Source of the DNA: Takakia lepidozioides
Lineage: Eukaryota; Plantae; Bryophyta
Length of the DNA: 64,000 nucleotides
Direction of reading: 5' to 3'
Assembly (NCBI GenBank): GCA_030704615.1
Contig: CM060733.1
Span: forward strand, 28,954,001-29,018,000
Of the stretch, positions 34,577-47,300 are shown piece by piece. The first letter of the stretch is position 1, and every line of letters begins with the position of its first letter. The notes under the pieces are model-generated. The model was not told where the DNA came from and did no database searches. It saw nothing but the letters and a program-made list of their open reading frames with translations. The translations under genes and the position numbers were made by a program.

Positions 34577-37418
34577 TCCTGAATGAATATAAAGATATGT
34601 TTCCTGATGAGCTCCCTGGGATGCCCCCTGAACGGGAGGTTGATCATGCTATTGAGTTGATGTCAAATGCTGTACCGGTTGCAAGGGCACCGTACAGGCA
34701 TTCAATTGCAGAAAGCGAAGAGTTAGAAAAGCAGTTGAATGACCTGTTGGAAAAAGGGTATATACGTCCAAGTAAATCCCCTTGGGGTGCCCTTGTAATG
34801 TTTAAGAAGAAGAAAGATGGGACTTTGAGACTGTGTGTGGACTATAGATGGTTGAATAAGGTCACCATCAAGAATAAGTTTCATTTGCCTCGTGTGGACG
34901 ATTTGTTTGACTATCTATATGGGAGTCAGGTTTTTTCAAAACTTGATCTTCGGTCTGGATATCATCAGATACGGATCAAGAATTCTGACATACCAAAGAC
35001 AGGATTTCAATCTTGTTTTGGTCATTACGAATTCTTGGTGATGCCATTTGGGCTCACGAATGCTCCAACAACATTTACTCATCTGATGAACTCTCTGTTC
35101 CAGAAATATTTGGGGAAGATGGTCCTAGTCTACATGGATGATATACTAATATACTCGAAGTCTGAAGAAGAACATGAACTGCATTTACGCTTGGTTTTAG
35201 ACATACTGAGAGAGAACCACCTGTTTGCTAAGAGAAGCAAGTGTGAATTCTTTGTAGACCACATGGATTACTTGGGATTTTGCATTTCCAAAGATGGAAT
35301 CTCAATTGATCCTAAGAAAGTCCAAACAGTGGTTGATTGGCCTAAACCAAGTGATAAGACTGAGGTCAGGAGCTTTATTGGGTTTGCTAGCTTCCTACGG
35401 AAGTTTGTTAAATCTTTTTCACAGATTGCAACCCCATTAACTGACCTGCTTAAGGACTCGAGTCTTGTAAGCTTGAAGGATGTCTGGACAAGAGAATGTG
35501 ACAACAGTTTCGAGAAATTGAAGTTTGCCTTAACACATGCTCCTGTACTAAAATTGCTCGACCCTACGAAGGGAGCAATAGTGCTGTGTACTGATGCAAG
35601 TGATCTTGCTATTGGAGCTGTGCTGATGCAAGATGGGCAAGTGATTGCCTACGAATCTCGAAAGATCAGTTCAGCAGAGAAGAATTACCCAACTCATGAA
35701 AAAGAACTGTTGGCAATAGTTCATGCTCTGAAGATATGGAGGCATTACCTGCTTCCAGTTGATTTTGTGATAGAAACTGACCATCAAAGTTTGAAATACT
35801 TGACCACACAACTTCATTTGAGTCAGAGGCAGATTAGGTGGTCAGAACTGCTTCAGCAGTTCCATTATGACCTAAAGTATGTCAAGGGGAAAGAGAATGT
35901 AGTTGCTGATGCACTTTCTAGGAGACCATTACGAGCTAATGTTGTCTCATGCGTCAGTAGCCCTATATTTCAAGACATTAAAGGTCAGTATGAGGTCGAT
36001 GAATTCTTCAAAGAGCCATTCAAGAGTTTGTCTCGTGACCAAAGAACTTCTATTGAGAGAGAGAAGTACCGGCCATACCTCTTGAGAGATGGGGTGTTAT
36101 TTTATGATGGTTGGCTGTGTGTTCCCCTAATTCCAGACTTGAGATTGCGGATTATTCATGACAGTCACAATATTCCAATCTCTGGACACTCGGGCTTTCA
36201 GAGAACCTATTGGTCAATACGGAAGTACTATTTTTGGCCAGGTATGAAGAGAGAAATTAGAGAGTATGTGCAGAAATGTTTCCCATGTCAGGTTTCGAAG
36301 ACAGAGAGAGTCAGACCTCCTGGATTATTACAACCATTATCTGTTCCTGGATGGAATTGGGAGTCCATTAGCATGGATTTCATTGTGGCATTACCCAGGA
36401 CCAGAAGTGGCCATGACAGTATCATGGTGGTTGTAGATAGGCTGTCTAAGATAGCCCACTTGATACCTACAAGGATGAATGCTACGACATCTGATGTTGC
36501 ATCCTTGTACATGAAAGAGATATTCAGAATCCATGGTCTGCCTCGGGAGATTATTTGTGACAGGGACTCAAAGTTCACAAGTCATTTTTGGATTGACTTG
36601 TTTAAGAAATTGGGAACCAAGGTGAAACTGAGTACGGCCTTTCACCCAGAAACAGATGCCCAAACATAAAGGACCAACCGTACAATTGAAGATATGTTGA
36701 GGATGTACGTTGGTGAAAGACAGTCATCTTGGGAACAATATATATATATATATATATGGTGGAATTTGCTTATAACAAGCATTTCCACAGTGCCGTTGGC
36801 ATGAGCCCATTTGAAGCTTTATATGGACGAGATTGCTTGGCTCCTGCTTCGGTTATTACACCACCATCAAATGTGCAGAGTGTAAATGACAGAATCAAAG
36901 AGATCCACTCTGTCCTAGATCTGGTGAAGCGTAGTATGCAGGCTGCACAAGAAAGGGCAAAGTTCTTTGCTGATAAGCACAGGACTTTTCGTGAATTTGC
37001 CATTGGTGATATGGTGTTTTTGAAAGTTACACCTAAAAGAAGCAATCTAACACTCGGCAAGTGTTATAAGTTATCACCAAGATTTTGTGGCCCGTTTAAA
37101 ATCCTGGAACGCCATGGCACAGTGGCCTATGAGTTGGATTTGCCTCCAACATGGAAGATCCATAAAACTTTCCATGTCAGCCTTCTCCGGAGGTATATGT
37201 CAGACCCATCACACATCTTGCCGACGTTGCCTCAAGCCATGAATGATGGTCAGCTGATGGCTGAACCCGAAAAGATTCTAGAAACGCGAGTGAAGCACCT
37301 GTGCAACCGTTCTTGGAAAGAACATTTGATTAAGTGGTTGCATTACCCAGAGACAGAAGCTACTTGGGAGAAAGAAAATGAATTGACATTGAGTTACCCC
37401 TCATTTTTCTGTCATTGA
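34492..37418 (+). pseudogene. pol: RT, RNase H, integrase, chromodomain
   Basis: [35 protein letters not shown]...CFPCQ, ISMDF, CDRD, GPFKIL, then EPEKILETR...HLIKWLHYPETEATWE. Stop at 36667 and (AT)n insertion at 36738-36757. Confidence 0.95.
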
Positions 37419-37433
37419 GGACAATGACCTGTC

Positions 37434-37449
37434 TTTGGGAGGAGGAGTT
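37434..37449 (+). promoter_or_regulatory. Polypurine tract
   Basis: TTTGGGAGGAGGAGTT immediately before the 3' LTR. Confidence 0.8.
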
Positions 37450-38222
37450 TGTTAGGTGCCTTGAACAAAGATCGAGACCTGTCGACCAGTTTGGCGAAGC
37501 AAGTGATTGCTAGAATATCGCCGAACTGACAGTTGCAGGTAAAATGGAGCAGGCTCGCGTGCATGAAGAGATCCACGATTAGGGATTTTAAAGAAGGCTT
37601 GGAGATGGCAAGTGTGGAGAAGATGAGGATGATGGTGTACTGGCGGCTAGAGCAGATCTGCTCTCCACAGGAAATCAGACTTAGCATGGCGTGGTGGTTG
37701 GGTGGACCGTATGCTGTAACCGGTGCTGTGCTTACAGAGTTGTAAGTCGATGTTAGAATAGACGTCACAGGCCTTTGTTGGTCTGCAGCAGCAGCAGGGA
37801 CTATGATCTCTCTTTTGTACAGAGCGATGGTGTAAATACTATGACTAAGGTCTCACAAGTGCTGATTTGAAAAGGGGCAGTTTAGAGTTGATTCTAGTCA
37901 CTGTTTGTGAATACACTTCCGTGAAGAACAGGGCTGAACTATCTTTGGACTGGAGTGATCTCTGTTACGATCTGAACCAAAGAATTGTGACTGGAATAAG
38001 AGAGGCTGGTTACTAGGGATCCACACTGGTTTTGGATTGAATTGAGGCCCTATGATTATGAAGAGAGAAGTGCCTTGGAAATGTTGTTGATTTTCCTGTT
38101 GGATGTAATCAAGCAAGCAGTTTTCTTTGGAGTTTTGGTAAATACCCTGTGAACAGCAAAACAAGGAGAGTGCCTGAAATTGGTCATAGTTGGAAAGAGG
38201 AAAGAGTGTCAGCCCCCTTTCA
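37450..38222 (+). repeat. 3' LTR
   Basis: Direct repeat of 20532-21304, followed by TSD CTACC. Confidence 0.97.
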
Positions 38223-38227
38223 CTACC

Positions 38228-38400
38228 CGTATACCTATAGGAATCATTGATCTGTATTTTGTGTTTTGCTTCTCAATCAAAGGTCTCATCCTCTGTGTAA
38301 TGTGCTCAACCACCTAATAACACGAAAATGCTCAATCCATCTCTGATTATCATACCGTGTCACTAGAAAGTGCGAGTATCATGTGGTACTACGTGCCTTC
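38228..38400 (-). mobile_element. PIF/Harbinger transposase remnant, 5' part
   Basis: Reverse complement encodes DNQRWIEHFRV...LIEKQNTKYRSMIPIGIRV, which joins in frame across the TSD to ACSLYKLAHG below 20531. Confidence 0.82.
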
Positions 38401-39739
38401 ACTCAGTCTCCAAGTTCTCGACTCATGAGTAGTTTGACACAGATGAGAGTCTATTGATGCGAGATGATAGAATTTTGTATAGCTTCAAAAATCAATCTGA
38501 GGCTCATATTCAATAATCAGATGATCATTTTCGTCTTCATGGCCAACATTACGTGCTCTTGAGCTTGTAAAAAACACGCAAGAACTGTGCCAAAAGGATT
38601 ACCTTGATTGGTCTCATGACACTGAGCAGCGAGCACAAAATGAGCAAGAAGTGAGCAAAAACGAGCGAAAAAATGAGGATGATACGATCTGAAGTCTGAA
38701 GCGACGAAGTGCAAATGGCAGAGTCAATGATCATGAGCAGCCAAAATGTCTAGATCGTTCTAGATCATCACGAACAGAGATAGCAAGCTCATAACATTTG
38801 TGCACGTCGACGTGATATACTCTCTGCTCCTGCATATGTGTAAACATAGATAGTTAAGCAACCCCAGTGAGAAGTAATTAGCGACGTAAATTAATCACTA
38901 GGACATACGCTATCACAAAGCCTCTATCACCAAGCCTGTATTACTAGGTCTGAACATACTTTCAATATTAGTGGATCTCAAGTGTGTGTTTGGAACCAAG
39001 TTAGGGCTTGGAAGAATCTTGGTAGCATATAAGATAAAGGCTAATCGATCAGTGGTCGCCCTTAATTTTTTTCTTTCTATTTATATCAATCAAAGCTCAT
39101 TTTGCGTTGTCACTGTGGATTTTTGAAAATTGGAACAATTCTTTGCCAAACACAAGTTTTGTATTATAGGTTCAGTTCGAATGTTGTGAAAACATTCGAG
39201 TTGAGCGCCTTCCCCCTGCGGCAAGTCGGATCACAGGTTCGAAAACACTCACACATCTGCACTGTCACCATTACATTTTTCCATTTCAGCTCGGTGAAAG
39301 CACTAGTTAGTTGTGTGGAACATCATGTCATATCGAAGAAAGGACAAATATGGGGGGCTTTGCTCTTGGAAGCTTTGCAGTTGTATCATACAGATCTTAG
39401 TGAGTGATCTTATACCTACTCGGAAAGCAAAGTTGGACAGAGCACTGAGTGCCATTTAGGTATGGGTTCAAATATTTTTACATCGTTGGGTGTGGTTTGT
39501 TCCAACCCGGGTATCAATACTAATTAATATACTAATATCAACCTGGGTAGGTAGGGTGGCCAATACCGGGGGCAATACCATACTAGGGGCAATACATACC
39601 TAGATATTTTGACTCATGCGACAATTATATGAGCATAGCATTTTATGGCATCTTTTTGATACTCAATGTGCAATCACTGTTGGTCTATCCTCGAGAAGAG
39701 CCTCTGCAGGGTGAGGCCTCCCTCCCCGAGCTTTCTCTT

Positions 39740-40835
39740 TTTACTATTCGGGTGTTCAGTTTGGCCTCGGGTAAAGCTAATCCTTCTGCTGATAATGGAT
39801 GTCACACGAATCCGTTTCTACTTTGGTTCCTCCAAGCTCCCCTTGCCCTGCTCCAATTCGACCCTGGAGAGTGGATGTGGAGAGACAAGAAACACTCTCC
39901 TTCTTTTGCTTACTCGGTCAAGCTGGGCTACTCTGTTTTGAAGCCTGCTGTTCCCTTTGATAGAAAGTGGTCTTTGAAGTGGAGGCACCTGCCTGATTGT
40001 CCTTCTTCTTGGAAAGTGATTTGGCGGGATGTCTGGAGAAAAGACAGAGCAGCCAGAGTGCAAGGCTTTTTGTGGATTGGTTAACAGAATTCTGCCTGTG
40101 GGGGGGGGGTTCTTTCTCCTCCCACCTCTTGCTCTTCTTGCAATCTGATGGTGTCTGAAACAATTGAGCATTGTCTTGTTGACTGCCCTATTGCAATAGC
40201 TGTTTGGACAAAGGTTCTTAGTTTGTATGCTGCCTGGAAGCCTGTGCAGCCTGGCTGCCTCTCTGTTGTTCTTCTTTAACTATTCACGGGGTGTGATCTG
40301 GTCCACATGTCCTGAGTGGGCTGCTTTAAGAGCCCACACCCTTTGGAATATCTGGAAAACTAGATGTGGTCATGTTTTTGCGGATTCTCCCATTTGTTGC
40401 TAGGGCCATTCTGTCCAAGACTCACTCAGACCTGATGTCTGAAGCTCGGTAAGCATGGCGGGTGCTGGGGTTAGCTATTTGCAGATGCAGCGCTAGGAGA
40501 TCAGAAGCTCAACTTCTCGCCTACTTTGATGCTTCCTGGGGTAGGGGAGCAACTATCTGCTCCAGGCAATCTGCCTCTTCAATTTGGTGGAACGACGTCC
40601 TCCTATCAAGCTGGAAGTTCACTGAGCACGAAGTACTCCCCTTTGGAGGGTGAGGAGCCTGAGGTTAACTAGAGGCACAGCAAATCATTAAGGAAGGGCA
40701 AATCTAAGATCCACCTTTCATTTGATAATTTCTCTGCTTGGGATATTGCAGACCTGGTGCCTTGTGGTTTGTTCTTATGCAGACCCTGTGGTTACTTCTC
40801 TACTAATTCGAGCTCTATAAAATAAAATAAAAAAT
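39740..40835 (+). mobile_element. 5'-truncated L1/Tx1-type LINE fragment (zf-RVT region)
   Basis: WKVIWRDVW...RVQGFLW...NRILPVG...CSSC...ETIEHCLVDCPIAIAVW; A-rich tail ATAAAATAAAATAAAAA near 40816. Confidence 0.75.
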
Positions 40836-41332
40836 ATCATTTATTTTATATAAAGAAAAGGGGAGGAAGTGGGCCCTTGGTGTCAATTCCCAGGTATTTC
40901 CCTTTTTTTTTAAAGAAAAGAAAAAGAAAAAGAAAAAGAAAAAGAAAAACCCTAAGTGCAGATTCCAATCGAGCGACCAGTGAGGATTCCATTCTGGAAT
41001 CATCTTGACCACCAACGCAGGTTCGAATCCAGCCCTCTTGCAGGAGGCACCATAATATTACTTGATGTTTTGAGGGTGGCTTTAACTCTTGGGATAAAGG
41101 GGTAGAAAAATGATTCCCTTTGGATGACCTAAAACCCTGACATTCAGCCAGGAAAAAGACAACACTCTGTTTCCTGCGGGGAGGAAGATTTTGCGTCAGG
41201 GAGGGGCGGAGACTTAGAGAAGAGTGGTTTGATCCGTTGGGGGTTTGTAGTAGAGGGAGACAGGAAGGGTGAGATCGAGATATGAGAATTTTGTGAAGCA
41301 GATCAGGCGCAAAGCCTTGCTGGGAGTGGAGA

Positions 41333-44300
41333 ATGAAGGAAGGATGGGCGGCATTGATGGCGCGCGTCGTCGTTTTCCTTGTTCTGTTACTGCCTGTTGC
41401 ATTGGCGGTAAATTTTCTTGTTCATTGAAGGCTATGAAGGAACTAAGTTTAGATTTGTGGCAGGCTTGAGCTAATAGTGAGCTGCTTGGTCTCAATTTCT
41501 TATATTGATACTCTTGTAGAAATGTGCAGAAGGATTGTGCCCTTATAATGTTGGATATGCCATGCCCTTTGAGGGCATGGTTGCTGCGGGATAAATGTCC
41601 CAGACCCAGTGACTGGGTTTCTGCCAACCAGGGGACATGGGACTTAGACCCGAAATTCCCATAGCTCTTGTACACGACATTTGAGTGTGACATTTAGAAC
41701 AAAGTAGAAAACATTCTGTCTATGATTGCAGCACTGCTGCTGTAGTCCCCAATCTCCTACAGCTTTACACGTGGCTGCAATTTCACTCCCAATTACATAG
41801 TAGAGTGCAGAGAGAGAGATTGAGCACGGTGTTGACTTTTAGGTTTTAATTGAGATACATCTCCGATTAGCAGCGTACATGACCTCATTCCATGTCGCCT
41901 GGTTGCATTTGCAGCCCTGTGATTGAGCCACCTGGATTTAGAAGCATTTAGCAGCATCCAGTAGCTACACAGTGGTCTTTCCAAAGATGAGCTAGGTGTG
42001 CTCTATACATCATTCCCAAATTTTGACTGCATGCCATATTTGTCTAGGAAGTTATGGGCATAAACTGAGAACTCAGGGCTCATGCTCTTGTTTTGGTATC
42101 ATTCTGAAAGCACGACAGTTGTACCCCTATTTCTCAGGAAGGGGGATTGGAGGTCAGGACAAGGAATGCAACATTCCCTCTCCCCACAAGGATCAAATCA
42201 CCATCAGTGTTATCCCTGTTCAATAGGAGGATTAAAAACAAACTCTGGAACAGAAACGTTCTACAACATGGTAAGTTTGTCGTTGTTGCTTCTCTCTTCT
42301 GGTCTGGTCTGGTCTGTCATGAATCTCTCTCTTGCTAGGCCTCCCATGGACATAAATCTTCTTCTTTCTTCTCCTTTGAAGTCTTCTATTTCTTTCCTTC
42401 GGCCTCTTTGCTGCTCTGTCCTGACCAAGTTCTCTTTGTTTTCTACAATTGTTGACGAAGCAAATGTGTATGTGCTGAAATCTGTCTGCCTGTCGTTGGT
42501 CTGACCTGTATCTCATATTTTCATGTAGTGAAAGTGCAGAGATGGAAGACCCGACTGCCCTTGCTCTCTCTTTCTCAATGTATGAAGCAACCGTGTATGG
42601 GTTATTGCTTTCCTAAGCTGGTGGAAAATATGTTGGATCATGTGACTGCTAATATTGTTGTGGGGTGGCCATGCCACAGTGATAGAGGACTGGGAAGTAC
42701 CAACTGATATGAGCAAAGGAGCTCGAGTGAATTACTCCAGGGCAGGTACTAATCTCTTGATACTTCTTGTGGCATCTAATGCCTAGCATTTCTGGTGTGA
42801 TAACAGTTGGAGTCTGAAATCTCTGAGTGGTAAGTAGGTTTGATGCCCTGATACTTTAATTTGTCCAGAGTTTTTACTCTGGACCTACATTGATGGTTTA
42901 TTTTACCCAGGAGAAACTGAGGGAGCTCATGGGACGTTGGACAATTTATTCATCTCCTTGGGGGCTGAGAGGGTGTATGGGATACAGTAAAACAGCAAAA
43001 AGAATAAATAGGAGAACAAGGGCCCACCACCTGCCTGGTTGGTTCTTGGCTAAGGAAGCTATAGCTCAATGTTTTGCTCTATAAGATTATTTTGGGTATC
43101 TGCCCTTTTTGGAAAAAGAGAGAGAAGAAGAGGAGATCTAGTGGGCTGGGTGTTCTGATTGTCTTTGGCCCAGAGAGCTTTTGGGACAATTAAAAGACAT
43201 AATTTAAACAGCAGGCCCCCTCACAATTAGCTGCACGATAATCAGAGAGAGAATGTACTCATAAGACGATGTTTTTTTTTTGCATAGCTTTGTGGCCATT
43301 GACCCCGCGCCCAGTTCGAGCTGGACACAAAGGGACAGAAACGATCTTTGTCAGGGGCTGATGCCGGTACTACGACTTACCTTGGAACAGACAATTGATC
43401 CGAGTTTTCCAGACATCCTCTAGAAATCCCTCTACACAAGCATCAATGTGCTGTGTGTGATTTGCCCAATAACTAGGCCCCAAAAGTGCCTGTGCTTTTG
43501 GCTCGGCCTTGAGATTTTCAAAGTTGGTAAACAGAGGTACAGGAACAAATCCCTTGATGGATTTGAAGAGGGTGTCTCTCTGGTGAGAGTACCCAGGACA
43601 ATGAATCAGAAAGTGGATATTGTCTTCAGGTTGGCCACAGAATGGGCATTTGCAATCCCCCTTTCCTCTCTGCATCTGTTTGCTGTTCAAAGGTAGGCTT
43701 CCCGCCCTGAGTTTAAATTTCAGTCTATTGCCGGGAGTGAGGTCATCCCTGATGACCTCCCCATTTCACAGACTGGAAGTAAGTTGAGGGAAGTTTTCTG
43801 CCTAACTTCATTTTCATCAGACAATTTCCTGGCCACAGATGTGGCTTTGGACAAAACTGCCTCGAAGTTAGATTTATCCAGCAGGGTCAAGACCTGCGGA
43901 CTTAGATTCAGATCCTTGAAAATATCTTCTACCCTCTTCCGCCAGGACTTACCCTGTTTGTCAGGGCGATCCTGCTTCCAAGATATAGAGTCGATTAACT
44001 TAGAATATCTGATATTAGTCATACGTTGCAGCTGACCCCGCCATCTGACCTTGAATTCATCTTGTTGGGAACTGAAGGGAGGGATGCCAAACTCACCCCG
44101 AACAGCTCGATTAGTAACCAGACTGAATGTGCTCATAAGATGTTGTTTGTCATAGCCTTGTGGCCACTGACCAGAGAGAGAGAAAACGTAGAGAATTCAG
44201 CCCTATTCCAGGTGCAGAGATACTTTTGGAGACCTCACCATAGGAGACAGTGGCTTTTCCACACCTTCCCTGATGGAATGGAGTATTTTAAGTACACTGA

Positions 44301-47300
44301 ATACCTACTTGATGGGGGGTTGGATGGTCACTGTCATTTGTCTCATGAAGGTGGTCTTTCTGTTGCAGGATTTCTGTCATATTACTTGAAGTTACAGGAA
44401 GTTGATGAGATCCACATTCCCATACCTATCAACTTCATCTTTGTTGGCTTTGCTGGTGAGGGAAACCATGGTAAGTCTATGGTCTCTCAGTGAATGCAGC
44501 AGTGATATTGATCTAGATTTTACCCCTGGTTTTTACCTGAAAACTTGTATCAGTACATGGAGAAGAGAAGGAATGAAACTCATAGATCAGACCACTGTAT
44601 GCACAGCATGGAGAGAATGTGGTTGTCTTTCCCCTCTGGAGATTTGGAGAGGGAGTTGTGAAACCTGCATTGACCCTTTTGCTGGCCTGTGTAGAGGTCA
44701 AGTTGGGAGAAGAGGAGTTGGAACGTTGGTTTGCACACATAGACAATACGGCAGAGCACACACGTGTGCCCCAACTGGGGGAGTCTCTCACTCCTTTCTA
44801 CCGTGTGAAGGGAGATGGAACACAGCGGCACCATCTTCCCCTTGTCAGCCGCACTCACTACAAGTAAGTGCCACCATGGCCTTTGAATCCCCTTGATGCC
44901 TAACATTGTGCACTTGTGAAGATAGGTCAGCGGACTTTTCAACCAGATAAACAGAGCATTATGGCTGCTTTCCTAGCTTCCCCCTGCCTAATTGTGGAGG
45001 CCCTTTCCTGACAGGCTAGGTCCAATTACTCAATGATTGGAGGGAACGTTCAATTGGTCAAAGATTATACTGTGTTCTGATTCCCTATTGTCTATGTATC
45101 CGTCTACTGGCAGGAGCGGGGGTGCAAATTCTATGAAGGGCAGTCAAAGTATATGCCCTTCATTTCTGTAAGACATAAAAAACGTATGCTATTCTGCATG
45201 AAAGGCACACAAATTGTGCATTTCCTTCGAATTAAATCATCAGAGTGGAATCACTTGAATTTGTATGTGAATATTCAAAATCCAGCAGATTACATGTTTT
45301 GAAAAGACTGGGATCGTAACTACTTGAATTACTTCTGCAACCCATACTAGCAATTAATGTAACCTAATGGACTGTGGCTTTTCATGAACCTCTAGACTCT
45401 GACCGTATCCCGGTCAACCTGTTGTATGGCTGGACCATTTAGAGATAAACCTGCATGCCTCTACAGAAGCAAATTTAATGCGGGTAGGGTATGCCGTGCT
45501 GCCATTTCACCTTGATGGATGTTTGAGGAACAGGGCATGGTCCATACTTCGGTGCCGCACACTGTCTGGTGCTTCCAATTAGGTGTGTTTTGAAGATGGC
45601 AGACACTGTTGGCCTGGTGTCGCACATTTTGACATCAAAAAACAAGCAAAAAAGGGGGGCACAAACAGTGTGCGTTGCCGCACACTGTTTCGTGCTTCCA
45701 TCTAGGTGTGCTTGATACATGACAGACTCGCCTGGTGTGGTACATTTTGACTTAAAAAAACAACCAAAAAGGGGGGCACAAATAGTGTGCGTTGCCGCAC
45801 ACTGTTTCGTGCTTCCATCTAGGTGTGTTTGATACATAACAGATTGGCCTAGTATGGCATATTTTGACATCAAAAAACAAGCAAAAAAGGGGGGCACAAA
45901 CAGTGTGCGTTGCCGCACACTGTTTCGTGCTTCCATCTACGTGTGTTTGATACATGACAGATTGGGCTAGTGTTGCACATTTTGACATAAAATCCAAGCA
46001 AAACAGGGGGGCACAAATAGTGTGCGTTGCCGCACACTGTTTTGTGCTTCCATCTAGGTGTGTTTGATACATCATAGACTGGCCTGGTCTGGTTCATTTT
46101 GACATAAAAAACAAGCAAAAAATTTATCTTACGAAACCCCTTTCACAGGCGGCTCTGGACACTAGAAATCCCCTTACCATTTTCCACAGGCTCATAAGTT
46201 TAGGAAAACTTGCCTGCCATTCCTTTTTATTTCCACAAAAATCCATGAACTGTTGGCAAGTCTGTCAGCGTGGTCAATACTGGTTGTTTTCAAGTTGCGA
46301 GGCTTCTCATACCCATTCACATTGGTTCATCCCAAGTCCCTTAATCACTGCAAGCCAAATGGCTAATCAGTTTGGCCTGCTCCGAGGTGATAGAACCTGC
46401 AGCTAGTAGCAGGATGCACAGCAACTGGGAACCAGGACTGCTGCCAAACAATATGTAGGCCTCGTAATTAGGAATGGAATCGGCTGCTCCTTCCCAGGCT
46501 GCAAATTGAAGGGGGAAATGCCTTTTCATTGGCCATTTTGCCCATAAACTAAGGGCTATCCTCAACATGGCCTGTCATAGTAATCAAGGGCTTCTAATTG
46601 AATACAACCATCACATGAAGGGCTTTGAAAAATATAGCAGGGCGAGGAAGAGCATGTCTATGTTGGCAAGAGAGGCCGCAGGTAACTCCAGTTGGTGAAG
46701 TGCCATTAAGCATTCCTAGCTGAAGGCCAAATCCTTGCCGGATAGGTGACCAATTTACCTTGTGTTGCTGGGTGCCTACAGAGGGTAACAGAGGTCCATG
46801 CGGACTTTAATTCAAGATCAATGAATGTGGCCACCTTGGCCTTACCACAAGGATATATGTGTGGAGCTGGAACTCACATGCACAAGTAGATGGTGATATT
46901 GAGTGGTTAGTAAATGCTAGAATTCAAAATTCAAAATTGGATACTTGAATGACAGTTGCATCATTTTAAGGCTGGTTTGTATTTCATCTTAGTGAAGGGG
47001 ACACATTTTTCTTCCTGGAAATACTTGGTGGCGATAGGTTTTGCTCTAGAATAAAACATTGAAAAAATTGCAATCTCTCACTATGGAGATAGTTCTCTTC
47101 TCAACAGCTAACATGGTTAAACAAAATACACTCCGAACCGTGGGACTATCACAATCAGGAATGACCTTGGGAACCATGGAAACATCAAGATTAAGCGGTG
47201 TCTGCTTATTGTACCTTTAGGTAGACTCTCCTTGCAGGGCAGAGCCAGTAAGTTTTCTGTGAAGCATTTGTATTCTTCCAGGACTCAGCATCTCTCACAG

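Larger units (their letters stand above)
20532..38222 (+). mobile_element. Ty3/gypsy LTR retrotransposon (chromovirus), full length, interrupted by a Mutator-like element
   Basis: Two 773-bp LTRs (TG...CA); 5-bp TSD CTACC at 20527-20531 and 38223-38227; tRNA-iMet PBS; polypurine tract; domain order gag-PR-RT-RNaseH-IN-chromodomain. Confidence 0.97.

Noticed and set aside
40955-41045. tRNA gene (GCAGGTTCGAATCCAGC T-arm-like motif)
   Set aside because: No convincing acceptor stem, D-arm or anticodon arm; at most a tRNA/SINE relic.
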